Shown: positions 1 through 11,532, counted from the stretch's first letter. The stretch: 64,000 bases of DNA from an uncultured candidate division Zixibacteria bacterium (GCA_963702205.1 OY969724.1:3552001-3616000); one strand, 5' to 3'. Translations and numbers: made by a program. The notes: generated by a model not told the origin, from the letters alone.

Positions 1-753
1 CAAAGCGGCCATCGACAGGACAACCGCAGCCGTATCTATGTTCGTCCGTCCGCATAAATTGACAGCATCTTCTCTGTTATTTCGAATTTTATCTCCGGCT
101 GGGCTCTCGGCTTCGGTTCCGAGGATGACGATATTCAATTTCAAATCCTTGGTCAGTCTCCCGGCCAAAGAAGCGTAATTATCCGAGCCCCAGCGCCGCG
201 ACGCGGCCACAGACTGCGCGGCGATAGCGACAAAACGGGCTTGGCCTTCAATTCCAGATTCTTCGAGCATATCAATTGCCTTTGAATCACACTCTTGCGA
301 TTTTGAGATTCGAGGTATATCTATCTGTAACTTTGTATCGAATAATCTTTCTACCAAACATCGGAATTTGTCTGCACGGTGCATTGGTAACGTCTTCGAA
401 TCAACCGGATCGGTTAAAAGCAATGTTCGGCCATCCGTTGAAAGGCCGATCCTTTTATTGATCCCGGCCAGATTGAAAATCAAAGCCGAAGAAAACGACG
501 GTGTCAACAGCAGACCGGCATCAGCATTTATATCTTTAATCATTTCACGTTGATTGAGAATTGCCGCAAATCCGTGCAGGGACCCGGCCGGTATAGGGTG
601 GAATTTCGCCCCCGGCAGACCGCGATACAGAGGCTCCGCCCAGTCAGGTGCCAAAAGAGAATATTGCATCGTGTCGGGCAGGGCCTGCAGGGCCGCCAGA
701 GCCATGATGCAATCGCCGAGATGATTGGGAGCACGAATTATATACCCGGACAT
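1..753 (-). CDS. waaF: ADP-heptose:LPS heptosyltransferase II (GT9), 3' end runs off the window
   Basis: Not in the ORF track. Manual translation from ATG 753 gives MSGYIIRAPNHLGDCIMAL; the same frame near the edge gives SRRWGSDNY...VNLCGRTNIDTAAVVLSMA, typical GT9 motifs. Directly downstream of lpxL. Confidence 0.85.
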   Translation of the reverse strand, partial: MSGYIIRAPNHLGDCIMALAALQALPDTMQYSLLAPDWAEPLYRGLPGAKFHPIPAGSLHGFAAILNQREMIKDINADAGLLLTPSFSSALIFNLAGINKRIGLSTDGRTLLLTDPVDSKTLPMHRADKFRCLVERLFDTKLQIDIPRISKSQECDSKAIDMLEESGIEGQARFVAIAAQSVAASRRWGSDNYASLAGRLTKDLKLNIVILGTEAESPAGDKIRNNREDAVNLCGRTNIDTAAVVLSMAAL

Positions 754-763
754 ATAATTAACC

Positions 764-1642
764 TCAATCGATTTTCCAGCGACGGTGGGTCCACAACCAC
801 TGATCGGGATATTTACGAACCGCCTGCTCGAGGTACGATGTATAAGCCTGGGTCATGATCTGGATATCGTTCTCGGATTCACCGGTATGCGGAGGAAAAA
901 TCGGCGGGAAGATAATGGCTCTGTGTTTATTGTATCCCAACCGCAGATACACACCGAATAATATCGGGCAATCAATTTTGACCGCGAAAGCGGCCGGACC
1001 TTTGGGGGTCGCCGCCGGGCGGCCGAAAAACTGCACTTTGGCTCCACCCAGCGGGGCATGCTGATCGGACACAACCGCCACCATACGATTTGATTTAAGT
1101 GCTTTTATGACACCACGGGCAGCCATACCGATCGGAATAATCCCGACCCCCAGCGACCGCCGGAACGATATCAACAGCTCATCGACTTTTCGATTGTGCT
1201 GCTGTCCAACCAAAAAATCGATGGGAAAACCGCACGCCACGGCCCAACCTCCAAGTAGTTCCCAGTTTCCGAAATGCCCGGTGATGAGCATGGCACCTTT
1301 GCCCTCATTTGCAACCTGTTCTATATATTCTTTACCCTCATATTCAGTCCAGGCCAGAATCTTCTCGGGCGTATATTTGATTTGGCGCGAGAATTCAACC
1401 AGCGTTCGGGCAATATTCAAAAAGACATTTTTTATGATCAGTTCTATTTCACCGTCGGTTTTATCGGAACCGAAAGCTCGCTTGAGATTTTCCCGGGCGA
1501 TTCGACGGCGAGAGGTCAGTACGGCATACGACAAACGCCCCAATACAAAAGCGATGCCGTCGGCCACCCGCCCCGGCAATATTTGTACCGCCCCCGTCAG
1601 GACGCGGACGGCTATGTACTCAAGTCCATGGCTTATCGTCAT
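764..1642 (-). CDS. lpxL: Lipid A lauroyl/myristoyl acyltransferase (LpxL/HtrB family)
   Basis: HFGNWE motif, DQ..FFG.PA and PDQWLWTHRRWK C-terminus. Start placed at MTISHG (1642). Confidence 0.85.
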   Translation of the reverse strand: MTISHGLEYIAVRVLTGAVQILPGRVADGIAFVLGRLSYAVLTSRRRIARENLKRAFGSDKTDGEIELIIKNVFLNIARTLVEFSRQIKYTPEKILAWTEYEGKEYIEQVANEGKGAMLITGHFGNWELLGGWAVACGFPIDFLVGQQHNRKVDELLISFRRSLGVGIIPIGMAARGVIKALKSNRMVAVVSDQHAPLGGAKVQFFGRPAATPKGPAAFAVKIDCPILFGVYLRLGYNKHRAIIFPPIFPPHTGESENDIQIMTQAYTSYLEQAVRKYPDQWLWTHRRWKID

Positions 1643-2579
1643 CGTCTGCCTGCTCCGGATAATCGGGATCACCATAGTCAAAATCGGTCGACTGGTACTT
1701 TTCTTCGTCGTCCCATTTCTTGTAGTACTTATGCCGCCTTATCGTCTTCAAGACAAAGCCGATAAAAACCACCAGCGCCAGAAAGATCCACAAGAAGTAC
1801 GTATCAGTAAATATACTAACCAAATTATACCTCCCCGTCAGGAAGTTATGAAATTCTTCTTCAAATTCCATATAGGTCGCCCCGATCGCTTCGGTCAGCG
1901 CCCGGTCGACGGTTGCCCGGCGATGGAACTGGTCCAGCATTATATTGAACGGACCGATGCCGTACCGGTCGAGAAGATACTTGACCGCCAGATAACTTTC
2001 GGCGTATGCGGTTTGGGCCTTGCCCTCGCCGAAACCGTTCAGACCTTCAATTTCGTGCAAAGCTATGTCCGACCTGAAAATCATCGATCGGCTCATGGCG
2101 AGGTTGTCGGTCCAGCCCCATTCGGCCGAAGTGTACATCGCGACACCCTCGTCGATCCACCGCGGTACCCACTGGCCGTTTACCCTGTTGGCCAGCGCGA
2201 GGTGGGCGTACTCGTGCTTGACCAGCTCCACCAGCGGCTTGCCGATATTGAAATGAGCCGGTGACTTGAAAATAATCTTGTGCTCGAACGGCTGTGCCGC
2301 CGCGGCTCCCCAGTCGGGAAATACGCTCCCGATAAGTTGGGTGAATTCCTTGCGGCTTCCGGCAACATATATATTCGGTTTATAATTCAGCGAATCTCTG
2401 AGTATCCCAATAAGTTTCTTGCGGGCGGCCAGAACGCCTTGTTCGATTTGGGGTTGAAATTGCCCGGTTAATCCGTAATATTTATACAAAGGATATTCGC
2501 GCTCGAATTCCGCCCTTACCCCTCCCGCCGTACTCAATGTCAGGATGAGTATAATTATGAACGCCGACATTTTTTTCAT
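1620..2579 (-). CDS. Peptidase MA-like metallopeptidase domain protein with C-terminal TM helix
   Basis: Signal peptide, HEYAH zinc motif followed by PRWIDEGVA, hydrophobic segment near the C-terminus. Confidence 0.7.
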   Translation of the reverse strand: MKKMSAFIIILILTLSTAGGVRAEFEREYPLYKYYGLTGQFQPQIEQGVLAARKKLIGILRDSLNYKPNIYVAGSRKEFTQLIGSVFPDWGAAAAQPFEHKIIFKSPAHFNIGKPLVELVKHEYAHLALANRVNGQWVPRWIDEGVAMYTSAEWGWTDNLAMSRSMIFRSDIALHEIEGLNGFGEGKAQTAYAESYLAVKYLLDRYGIGPFNIMLDQFHRRATVDRALTEAIGATYMEFEEEFHNFLTGRYNLVSIFTDTYFLWIFLALVVFIGFVLKTIRRHKYYKKWDDEEKYQSTDFDYGDPDYPEQADDDDKPWT

Positions 2580-2740
2580 GAGGCCAAGATAATAGAGCGA
2601 TGAGTTCAAAACAACCATCACCGGCATAAAAAATATGGGTGCAAGTTATGATATCGCGCGTTAAATTATATTGACATTAACCGGCTCAACCCCAATTTTA
2701 TCGGATTAAGCAAGGATTGAGCCACCAAACGGGCAGCCAA

Positions 2741-3256
2741 ATGATGAATGTTCTTAGCCATAACGTCCTCGTCCTGAATCAGAATTATGAGCCGATGTCG
2801 GTCTGTTCGGCCCGTCGTGCCTTCATTTTGATGTTCCTCGGCAAGGCGGAATTGATCGAAAAACAGGACGGCATAAAAATCCGGTCGGTCCTGTCAAGTT
2901 TCGATCTGCCATCGGTCGTGCGCCTGGGTCGTTACGTAAAAGCGCCGCACAAGAAAATACTGCTGTCGCGCAAGAACATTCTCATCCGCGATGATTTCAC
3001 CTGCTGTTATTGCGGCTCCCGCAAAGGTCCGATGACGGTGGACCACGTGATTCCAAAAAACCGGGGCGGCACCGATACCTGGGAAAATCTGGTCTGCGCC
3101 TGTGAAATTTGCAATAATAAGAAGGGTGATCGCACCCCGGCCAAAGCGGGTATGAAACTTAATCGTGTCCCCAAACGGCCCAATCATATTACATATATTC
3201 AGCGCTTTGTCGGTATTCGCGACACCCGCTGGAAACCTTACCTATTCATGGATTAA
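2741..3256 (+). CDS. HNH endonuclease (McrA-like)
   Basis: VLVLNQNYEP N-terminus, CCYCG...TVDHVIPK.RGG...WENLVCAC..CNNKKG. Confidence 0.9.
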   Translation: MMNVLSHNVLVLNQNYEPMSVCSARRAFILMFLGKAELIEKQDGIKIRSVLSSFDLPSVVRLGRYVKAPHKKILLSRKNILIRDDFTCCYCGSRKGPMTVDHVIPKNRGGTDTWENLVCACEICNNKKGDRTPAKAGMKLNRVPKRPNHITYIQRFVGIRDTRWKPYLFMD

Positions 3257-3264
3257 TTTATTGT

Positions 3265-4269
3265 ATGAGCACCAAGATCGAAAAAAAGGAAAAAGAGACC
3301 ATTTTATCCGGGATGCAGCCGACCGGCGAACTGCATATCGGCAATTATGAAGGAGCCCTCAAAAACTGGGTCGCCCTCCAGAACGATTATAATATGTACT
3401 GCTGTATTGTCGACTGGCACTCCCTGACGGCAGAATACGAAAATACCGAGGTCCTCAAAGGCCGAATATTTCAGGTGGCCGTCGATTATTTGGCCGGAGG
3501 TCTCGATCCCAAAGTCTGCAACATATTTATACAGTCCGATGTCAAAGAACACGCCGAACTCCACCTGATATTCTCCATGCTGATAACGGTCCCGACCCTG
3601 ACCCGCCTTCCCACTTATACAGAAAAGAAAGAAGACAAGGGCCTCGATAGTTATGGCTTTTTAGGGTATCCGGTTCTTCAGGCGGCCGATATATGCGTCT
3701 ATAACGCCGACAAGGTCCCGGTCGGCAAAGACCAGGAGAAACATGTCTGGCTGGCGGCTGATGTCGCCAGGCGATTTAATTCCATCTATGGACCGACCCT
3801 GGTTGAACCCGCCGTATTGTTGACCAAAATCCCGGTTATCCCCGGCCTGGACAATCGCAAGATGTCCAAGTCGCTCGACAACCATATTTCGCTGGCGGCG
3901 TCGGAGGAAGAAACGGCGGCCCGTCTGAAAAAGATGTTTACCGACCCCCAGAAACTCCGCCGTAACGATCCCGGCCGTCCGGAAATTTGTCCGGTGTACT
4001 CCCTGCACCGGGTCTATACGCCGACCCATGAAACGGAAATTGCCCCGCCCTGCCGAACCGGGGAGCTGGGATGTGTCGAGTGCAAAGCGAAACTGGCAAA
4101 AAATATGAACGCCATCCTGGCCCCCATCCGCGAAAAAAGGGTTGAACTTGAGAAAAAACCTGACTATATCTGGGATGTGCTGAAAACCGGCGCAGGCAAA
4201 GCCCACACCCGGGCCGCGGAAGTTATGGACCGGGTTCGCAGCGCCATGAAAATGAAGTACCACGAATGA
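3265..4269 (+). CDS. trpS: Tryptophan--tRNA ligase
   Basis: SGMQPTGELHIGNY (HIGH motif), YPVLQAADI, VPVGKDQ, KMSKS. Confidence 0.97.
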   Translation: MSTKIEKKEKETILSGMQPTGELHIGNYEGALKNWVALQNDYNMYCCIVDWHSLTAEYENTEVLKGRIFQVAVDYLAGGLDPKVCNIFIQSDVKEHAELHLIFSMLITVPTLTRLPTYTEKKEDKGLDSYGFLGYPVLQAADICVYNADKVPVGKDQEKHVWLAADVARRFNSIYGPTLVEPAVLLTKIPVIPGLDNRKMSKSLDNHISLAASEEETAARLKKMFTDPQKLRRNDPGRPEICPVYSLHRVYTPTHETEIAPPCRTGELGCVECKAKLAKNMNAILAPIREKRVELEKKPDYIWDVLKTGAGKAHTRAAEVMDRVRSAMKMKYHE

Positions 4270-5039
4270 CAAATACGCCAAGAGACAATTATTCGGTTGA
4301 TCTGGATGTCTTCCAGGGACCGCTGGACCTGTTGCTTTACCTGATTCGCAAGGACGAAATCGACATTTATGATATTCCTATCGCTCGTATCACCGAGCAG
4401 TACATGCAGTATGTCGAGATGATGAAAATACTCAACCTGGAACTGGCGGGGGAATACATTCTTATGGCCGCGACCCTGATACGGATCAAGGCCAAATTGC
4501 TTCTGCCCCGCGATACCGCCGACCTCGAGGATGCCGACCCGCGTCAGGAACTGGTCGCGGCCCTGCTGGAATACAAGAAATTCAAAGAGGCCAGCGAAAT
4601 TCTTCGCGAGAAAAGACTTATGGAGGAACGGATTTTCACCCCCCCGGCCGTCGACGGTAACCGCAAATCGAAAGTCATTCTTTCCGATTCGACGACCCTC
4701 TACGACTTGATGACGGCGTTCCGGGACGTTCTGGAAAGAATCGGCAAAGACCAGTTTTATGAAATCTCGCCCGAGGAGCTGACCGTCGAGGACCGTATCA
4801 AGCGCGTCATAGAAGTGTTGTCCAACCGGGATTCGGTGGCATTCCAGGAGTTGTTTTTGGACATCCCGCGCAAACTGGTCGCGATCATGACCTTCATGGC
4901 CATCCTCGAACTGGCCCGGGTGCACCGAATTATGATCCGTCAATCTCTCCCCTTTTCCGAAGTGCGCGTGTACCGGGGAGACCGATTCGACGAAGACAAA
5001 CTGAATTCCGAACTCATTGACCATATAAGTGTCGCATAA
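4266..5039 (+). CDS. scpA: Segregation and condensation protein A
   Basis: FQGPLDLLLYLIRKDEIDIYDIPI, FMAILEL; adjacent to scpB. Confidence 0.95.
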   Translation: MTNTPRDNYSVDLDVFQGPLDLLLYLIRKDEIDIYDIPIARITEQYMQYVEMMKILNLELAGEYILMAATLIRIKAKLLLPRDTADLEDADPRQELVAALLEYKKFKEASEILREKRLMEERIFTPPAVDGNRKSKVILSDSTTLYDLMTAFRDVLERIGKDQFYEISPEELTVEDRIKRVIEVLSNRDSVAFQELFLDIPRKLVAIMTFMAILELARVHRIMIRQSLPFSEVRVYRGDRFDEDKLNSELIDHISVA

Positions 5040-5047
5040 CTCGAAAG

Positions 5048-6043
5048 ATGGAAATGGATAATTTAAATCACGATTATAGAACGTCGGTTATCGAAGCTTT
5101 GATACTGTCATCTCCCGAGCCGCTTCCGGCCGGAAAAATCGCCGAAGTGGTCGAAAATATGACGCCGTCTCAGGTCGCCGGGGCGGTCGAAGTGCTCAAC
5201 GATAAATACCGCCAGACCGATTCATCGTTTCGCATCCGCCAGATATCCGGCGGTTTTCAATGCTATATCACCGAAGAGTATTCCCCGTTCGTCGATGAAC
5301 TCCATACCCGCCGCCGCAACGTCCGTCTTTCCCGACCGGCCCTTGAAACGCTGGCCATCATAGCCTACCGTCAGCCGGTCACGAAAATCGACGTCGAGAT
5401 GATTCGGGGCGTCGCCTCCGATTCGGCCATTCATACCCTGCTCGAGAGAAAACTGGTAACTATGGCCGGGCGGTCTCAGACTATCGGGCGGCCGTTGCTG
5501 TATAAAACGACCGATGAGTTTTTGAAATATTTCAACCTGAACACTCTGAACGATCTGCCGCAAATGTCGGAGATCGAGGAATTAATATCCTCGGATGAAG
5601 ATTCGTCACAGCAGCATCTGCCTCTCGGACCTTTCGCGAGCCGTTACTCCAACGGCAAATCCAAAAAGCTCACCCTCGAAAAAGGTTCGGAAGAATCAAC
5701 AGAAGCAGTAGAATCCGATAATATCGAGGATTCTCCTGATCCCGAATCAGATTTGGAAAATCAGGGACAAACCGAAGCTACCGGTTTGGAAAGCGAGGAA
5801 GGCGTATATATTCCCGCCGAAAACTCCGCCTCATCCGATCAAATGGAGCTCGAGGATGAACCCGAATCGGATTTTGAAGAACCTGACAATGAAGGTGCAT
5901 TCGAGGAATCAACCAACGACGAGCAGCTTCAAAGCGAATTCGATCAGGGTTCTTCGGATAGTGAATCCGAAACGAACGAGGATCAGGACCAATCGGTAGA
6001 AACCGAAATTCCGAGCGATCTGGCCGGGGTAAAAGAAGAATGA
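5048..6043 (+). CDS. scpB: Segregation and condensation protein B with long acidic C-terminal tail
   Basis: LSRPALETLAIIAYRQPVT, GRPLLYKTTDEFLKYF. Confidence 0.95.
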   Translation: MEMDNLNHDYRTSVIEALILSSPEPLPAGKIAEVVENMTPSQVAGAVEVLNDKYRQTDSSFRIRQISGGFQCYITEEYSPFVDELHTRRRNVRLSRPALETLAIIAYRQPVTKIDVEMIRGVASDSAIHTLLERKLVTMAGRSQTIGRPLLYKTTDEFLKYFNLNTLNDLPQMSEIEELISSDEDSSQQHLPLGPFASRYSNGKSKKLTLEKGSEESTEAVESDNIEDSPDPESDLENQGQTEATGLESEEGVYIPAENSASSDQMELEDEPESDFEEPDNEGAFEESTNDEQLQSEFDQGSSDSESETNEDQDQSVETEIPSDLAGVKEE

Positions 6044-6113
6044 ATTCCGGAAACGCGCCGGAAAATAGAAATAGATTTGAAGCCTGCCATAACGAGGTCG
6101 TAAAACTTCACGC

Positions 6114-6842
6114 ATGAGTCCGCAAATTAGGATCAATAAATTTCTTTCAGAATGCGGTGTAACTTCGCGCCGAGGGGCGGAAGCACTAATCGCCAGGGGT
6201 CGGGTTACAGTCAACGATGAAACCGTCACGAAGCTCGGAGTTATCGTCGATACCGAAAACGACATAGTTAAAGTCGATGGCACCGTGGTCAATCAGGTAA
6301 TCAAGAAATTTTACGTGCTTTTAAACAAGCCCTCCCGGGTCATCACGACCCTCCACGATCCCTTCCACCGCAAGACGGTCGCCTATTTCACTCGCGGTGT
6401 ACCGGGGCGCGTTTACCCGGTGGGGCGTCTCGATTACGACACCCAGGGAGCTCTGCTGTTGACCAACGACGGCGAGCTGGCGTTCCGTCTGGCCCACCCC
6501 AAGTATGAAGTCAAGAAGGTTTATCATGCCGTAATCAGCGGACATTTTTCGACCGACATGGCCGACAAAATCAACGCCGGCATAAGACTCCATGACGGGC
6601 ACATCGGCCACGGCGAGGCCGAGTTTCTCTATATGAAAAACGGCCAGGCATGTGTGCAGGTGACTCTCACGGAGGGCCACAAACACGAGGTCAAGCAGCT
6701 GTTCAAAGCGCTGAGGACACCGGTCAAATACCTGACCCGGGTGGAATTTGCCGGGCTGCGCACCGATGGGCTGAAAGTGGGCCGCTGGCGCTATCTGAAT
6801 CATACTGAGATCAGGCGGCTCAGGGACCTGGTCGGCCTGTAA
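6114..6842 (+). CDS. rluB: rRNA pseudouridine synthase (RluB/RsuA family)
   Basis: S4 domain RINKFLSECGVTSRR, catalytic GRLDYDT; conserved scpA-scpB-rluB order. Confidence 0.85.
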   Translation: MSPQIRINKFLSECGVTSRRGAEALIARGRVTVNDETVTKLGVIVDTENDIVKVDGTVVNQVIKKFYVLLNKPSRVITTLHDPFHRKTVAYFTRGVPGRVYPVGRLDYDTQGALLLTNDGELAFRLAHPKYEVKKVYHAVISGHFSTDMADKINAGIRLHDGHIGHGEAEFLYMKNGQACVQVTLTEGHKHEVKQLFKALRTPVKYLTRVEFAGLRTDGLKVGRWRYLNHTEIRRLRDLVGL

Positions 6843-6871
6843 AAAAAACGGGCCGCCCCGAAGGCGACCCG
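6840..6871. terminator. Probable intrinsic terminator between convergent genes
   Basis: A-run followed by hairpin CGGGCCGCC-CCGAA-GGCGACCCG. Confidence 0.65.
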
Positions 6872-6911
6872 AATCTATTATAAAATCCATATATAAAAGA
6901 AAGTGCCGAAA

Positions 6912-8282
6912 TCAGATCTCATTGGTTTCTATTTCGTACTTTTTGATTTTGTCAAAAAGCGTTGTATAGTCGATCTTCAAAGCTTCCGACGCTTTCCGTT
7001 TGTTACCGCGAACCTGCTGCAAAACCCGGATTATAGCCGCACGTTCGGCTTTCTTCTGGGCGTACGCCCCAATTTCCTTCAACCCCGCTCCTTCGCGAAG
7101 CCTGATTTCTCCGGGCGTGGTCAGACGTATCGCCAGGTGATCCGGCGTGACTTTCTTGCTTTCCGCCAGGATAATGGCCCTCTCGATCGTATTTTCCAGC
7201 TCCCGGACGTTGCCCGGCCAGTGGTACTTTTCCATCAGGGCGGCGGCCTCCCGCGACAGATTCTTCAACGGCTTCTTCATTTCACGGCAATACTTCTGCA
7301 TGAAATAATCGGCCAGCGGTTTGACATCATCGCGGCGCTCGCGCAGCGGCGGGATCGTTATCGGGAAAACCGACAGACGATAATACAAATCTTCGCGGAA
7401 CTGTTTTTTGCGGATCATCTCCTGAAGGTCCATATTAGTGGCGGCGATCACCCGCACATTAACCGAGACCGCCTTGGTCCCGCCGAGACGTTCGAAACTT
7501 TTCTGCTGCAACACACGGAGCAGCTTGGCCTGAAGCGATATATCCATGTCCCCGATTTCATCGAGGAAGATTGTCCCGCCCTCGGCGATTTCGAATTTAC
7601 CCATCTTGCGGGAGACGGAACTGGTATAGGCGCCCTTCTCCGAGCCGAACAGCTCGTTTTCGAGCAGGTCGCGCGGGATGGCGGCGCAGTTGATGGCGAC
7701 GTACGGTTTATCCCGGCGCGGGGATAAATTGTGTATGGCCCTCGCGAACAGTTCTTTTCCCGTTCCCGATTCGCCCTGAAGCAGAACCGAGGTGTCGCTG
7801 TTGGCTACTTTCTGAATCAGCCGCGAAACTTCCTGCATCTTTTCGTTCTGCCCGATAATTTCGCTGAACCCGAGGTTGTGGGCCAGTTCTTCACGCAGGA
7901 GGCTGTTCTCGGCGATCAGGCGGCGATTTTCAAGAGCACGCTCAATAAGGACGTTCAGATGATCGGGATCGAACGGCTTGGTAATAAAATCACAGGCCCC
8001 GCCTTTCATGGCCGAGACGGCCGCTTCGACCGTACCATAGGCGGTCATAATTATTACGGCCATGTCCTGATCGATTTCTTTGAGCGAATTAAGAACCGTC
8101 AACCCGTCCATTTCCGGCATTCTGAGATCGGTCAGGACCAGGTCATAATTCTTGGCGCGGGCCAGATCGACGGCCTTTTTCCCATTCTCGACCGCGTCGA
8201 CCGCATAACCCTCCTCGCCAAGCGTCTGGGACAACATAGTCCTTACCGTGTCTTTATCATCTATGACAAGTATGTTGGGCAT
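6912..8282 (-). CDS. Sigma54-dependent response regulator (NtrC/AtoC family)
   Basis: Receiver domain, GESGTGKELFA Walker A, GAYTS (GAFTGA-like loop), WPGNVRELEN, Fis-type HTH. Confidence 0.95.
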   Translation of the reverse strand: MPNILVIDDKDTVRTMLSQTLGEEGYAVDAVENGKKAVDLARAKNYDLVLTDLRMPEMDGLTVLNSLKEIDQDMAVIIMTAYGTVEAAVSAMKGGACDFITKPFDPDHLNVLIERALENRRLIAENSLLREELAHNLGFSEIIGQNEKMQEVSRLIQKVANSDTSVLLQGESGTGKELFARAIHNLSPRRDKPYVAINCAAIPRDLLENELFGSEKGAYTSSVSRKMGKFEIAEGGTIFLDEIGDMDISLQAKLLRVLQQKSFERLGGTKAVSVNVRVIAATNMDLQEMIRKKQFREDLYYRLSVFPITIPPLRERRDDVKPLADYFMQKYCREMKKPLKNLSREAAALMEKYHWPGNVRELENTIERAIILAESKKVTPDHLAIRLTTPGEIRLREGAGLKEIGAYAQKKAERAAIIRVLQQVRGNKRKASEALKIDYTTLFDKIKKYEIETNEI

Positions 8283-8440
8283 CGCAACTCCCTGAAGTAG
8301 TAAAAGCTCATAAGTCCGTTTATTTAATTATGGCTGTGCTCCCTTATTTTATCGGCTTTTGCCGATATCGGTACAGATCAAAAATTGCACATTTTCGGAT
8401 GGTCGTACAAACCTATCGGGAGAGAGATGATAGACCGATT

Positions 8441-8600
8441 TATAGGGCCTGTTAAAAAACTAGTAGGTCGGCTTCCGAATCCTGACGAAGTCAGGAGAGA
8501 AAGCCGACATCATGTTGTCGGGTTTCTCGTTACGTTTCGCTCCCCTCCGAACTCGACCTGCTTCTTGCACTATCCGTGCACTTTTTCAACGGGTCCTATA
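8441..8600. mobile_element. MITE-like 160 bp element with terminal inverted repeats enclosing an inverted pair of REP-like hairpins
   Basis: Left end TATAGGGCCTGTTAAAAAA vs reverse complement of right end TATAGGACCCGTTGAAAAA. Inside are GTAGGTCGGCTT...AAGCCGACATC and an inverted GCAGGTCGAGTT...AAACCCGACAAC. Confidence 0.65.
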
Positions 8601-8611
8601 ATGGAAGGAAT

Positions 8612-9079
8612 CTACTTTAGAACGCCGAAATCGCCGGACCGGTAGTTCAGCCGCCTGGTGCTGATTTTACCGCAAATATCGAACTGGTAATAATACACGC
8701 TTTCAGGCAGGCGGGTCTCGTGCTTATCAAGCGTGTTCCAGGTGATCTCATGCAGGCCGTGAGTGAAAACACCGTCTATAACATGGCGCACCGGTGCCTT
8801 CGGCGTCAGGTATAGGTCTATGGATACATGGCAGGAATCGGCGTCGACAACGCTGAATTCAACCTTGAGATTTTCAGGGGGACGCTTATAGATGATCTGG
8901 CCGGTGATGTCATTGACGCTGTCGAGGTCTATCGTCCGGGGCGGAGGGCCGGTATACACGACAAAATCGCCGTCATCAATGGCATTTCCACTTTCCGGGG
9001 CGGTTTCGGTCTTGTGCCCGCAAGCAACCAGAAGCCCGGCCAACAACACGACAATCAGGATTTGGGACAAATGCTTCAT
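8612..9079 (-). CDS. Lipoprotein with FlgD-like Ig domain
   Basis: Lipobox LVAC; C-terminal GLHEITWN..D....LPESVYYYQ pattern. Confidence 0.6.
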   Translation of the reverse strand: MKHLSQILIVVLLAGLLVACGHKTETAPESGNAIDDGDFVVYTGPPPRTIDLDSVNDITGQIIYKRPPENLKVEFSVVDADSCHVSIDLYLTPKAPVRHVIDGVFTHGLHEITWNTLDKHETRLPESVYYYQFDICGKISTRRLNYRSGDFGVLK

Positions 9080-9163
9080 TAAAACTTTTATACCACAAAA
9101 TCCCGAAAAAGCAATAAAAAAGGCGGATGTGCCTGAATATGACTCGGAATCAATTATCCAATT

Positions 9164-10099
9164 TTACGGCTCGTCCGGCAACACCGCCGTATCCCAGTCA
9201 AGCAGGACTTGGCTGTCGGAGCCATCGGCGTTCATTATGATAACGTCGTCATGACCGGGGTCCAATACCGGATCGCAATAGACTATTTTTGTGCCGTCCG
9301 GAGACCAACTCGGGTCGTCTCCGCCATTTACCGTTAGTGTTGTAATATTGCCGTTGGCGATATCAAGAATTCTTATCTGGGCGTCCAGACTAAAGGCGAT
9401 TTGCTGGCCATCGGGTGAAATATCGGGGTTATAATAGGTTGTGTAAGGCTTACCGGTTTCTACTATTAGAATCGGCCTTTCCGTCGAATCGACCAGATTC
9501 ATATAGGCCATTTTACCCTGATTGTTTCTAATACTAATAATATAAAACAGGCTGTCGCCGGGGCCAAAATCGATAAGTCCTCCATACCGTATAAACGGGC
9601 GGATATCACTGCCATCCTTACTCATAATCCAAGCTCCGGAATTGTCCCCGCTTGAGTGTTGGAAGGCAATTAAAGTATCCGAATCCGACCAGGTGCAGGT
9701 ATAGTTTTCGCCGTTAAAAGTCAGCCGCGTCAGGCTGTCCCCGTTGATTTTAATCTTGTAAATATCGGTTCCGACGTTGAAAGCCAGCCACTGTCCGTCC
9801 GGCGACCAGCACAGATCAATCACGTACGGCAATCCGTCTATGCCCGGAAATTGCTTAAATTCTGACCCGTCGGGACGAATCAAATACACCCCGCGCGGAA
9901 TCCGACCCAAAGCGGGGAAGCGGGAAACGGCTATCCACTCTCCGGTCGGTGACCAGGCCGCCATTGCTCCCGACGGCGGGATGATAATCTTTGAATCATC
10001 GTAATCCACGGACTTTTTCCCACAGCCCCAAATGGTGTAAAGCATCATTGCCAACGCAACAGCACATAAGATCAATCTATTGCAATTCGTCTTTGTCAA
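9164..10099 (-). CDS. TolB-like (PD40/WD40-like) beta-propeller lipoprotein
   Basis: Lipobox IWGC; repeated WSPDG/ISPDG motifs. Confidence 0.8.
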   Translation of the reverse strand: MTKTNCNRLILCAVALAMMLYTIWGCGKKSVDYDDSKIIIPPSGAMAAWSPTGEWIAVSRFPALGRIPRGVYLIRPDGSEFKQFPGIDGLPYVIDLCWSPDGQWLAFNVGTDIYKIKINGDSLTRLTFNGENYTCTWSDSDTLIAFQHSSGDNSGAWIMSKDGSDIRPFIRYGGLIDFGPGDSLFYIISIRNNQGKMAYMNLVDSTERPILIVETGKPYTTYYNPDISPDGQQIAFSLDAQIRILDIANGNITTLTVNGGDDPSWSPDGTKIVYCDPVLDPGHDDVIIMNADGSDSQVLLDWDTAVLPDEP

Positions 10100-10329
10100 T
10101 TATTCCTCTCAGATATCTGGTTCCAATAAATCGCAAAATTATGTTAGGTCAATTATCATTCATAGTCCCACTGTTTTTAAATTTCACGCCGGACAACTCC
10201 CCCTAAACAGGGGCTTGTTAAAAAAGTGGTGCATATATGTTCCGTCAGGTTCTGATCCCGACGAAGTCGGGATTGACACCTTGTATCTTTGCGTCTGTTT
10301 ATATATTAGCTATACTTTGCATATAATTA

Positions 10330-11437
<1,108 letters not shown>

Positions 11438-11486
11438 CAAATTAGACAGTCGCTGACGGCCTCTTAAGTTTCAATTACTTACAAGA

Positions 11487-11532
11487 CGGTCAGGTCTCAC
11501 GTCCCGATAAATCGGGACGCAGGACCTGACCG
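11487..11532. repeat. REP-like palindrome related to the IS110 target
   Basis: CGGTCAGGTC-TCA-CGTCCCGA-TAAA-TCGGGACG-CAG-GACCTGACCG. Confidence 0.75.

Noticed and set aside
2741..3256. HNH gene as a mobile homing endonuclease or phage packaging nuclease
   Set aside because: It belongs to a common stand-alone McrA-like family and sits in a housekeeping operon, with no intron and far from the capsid cluster.
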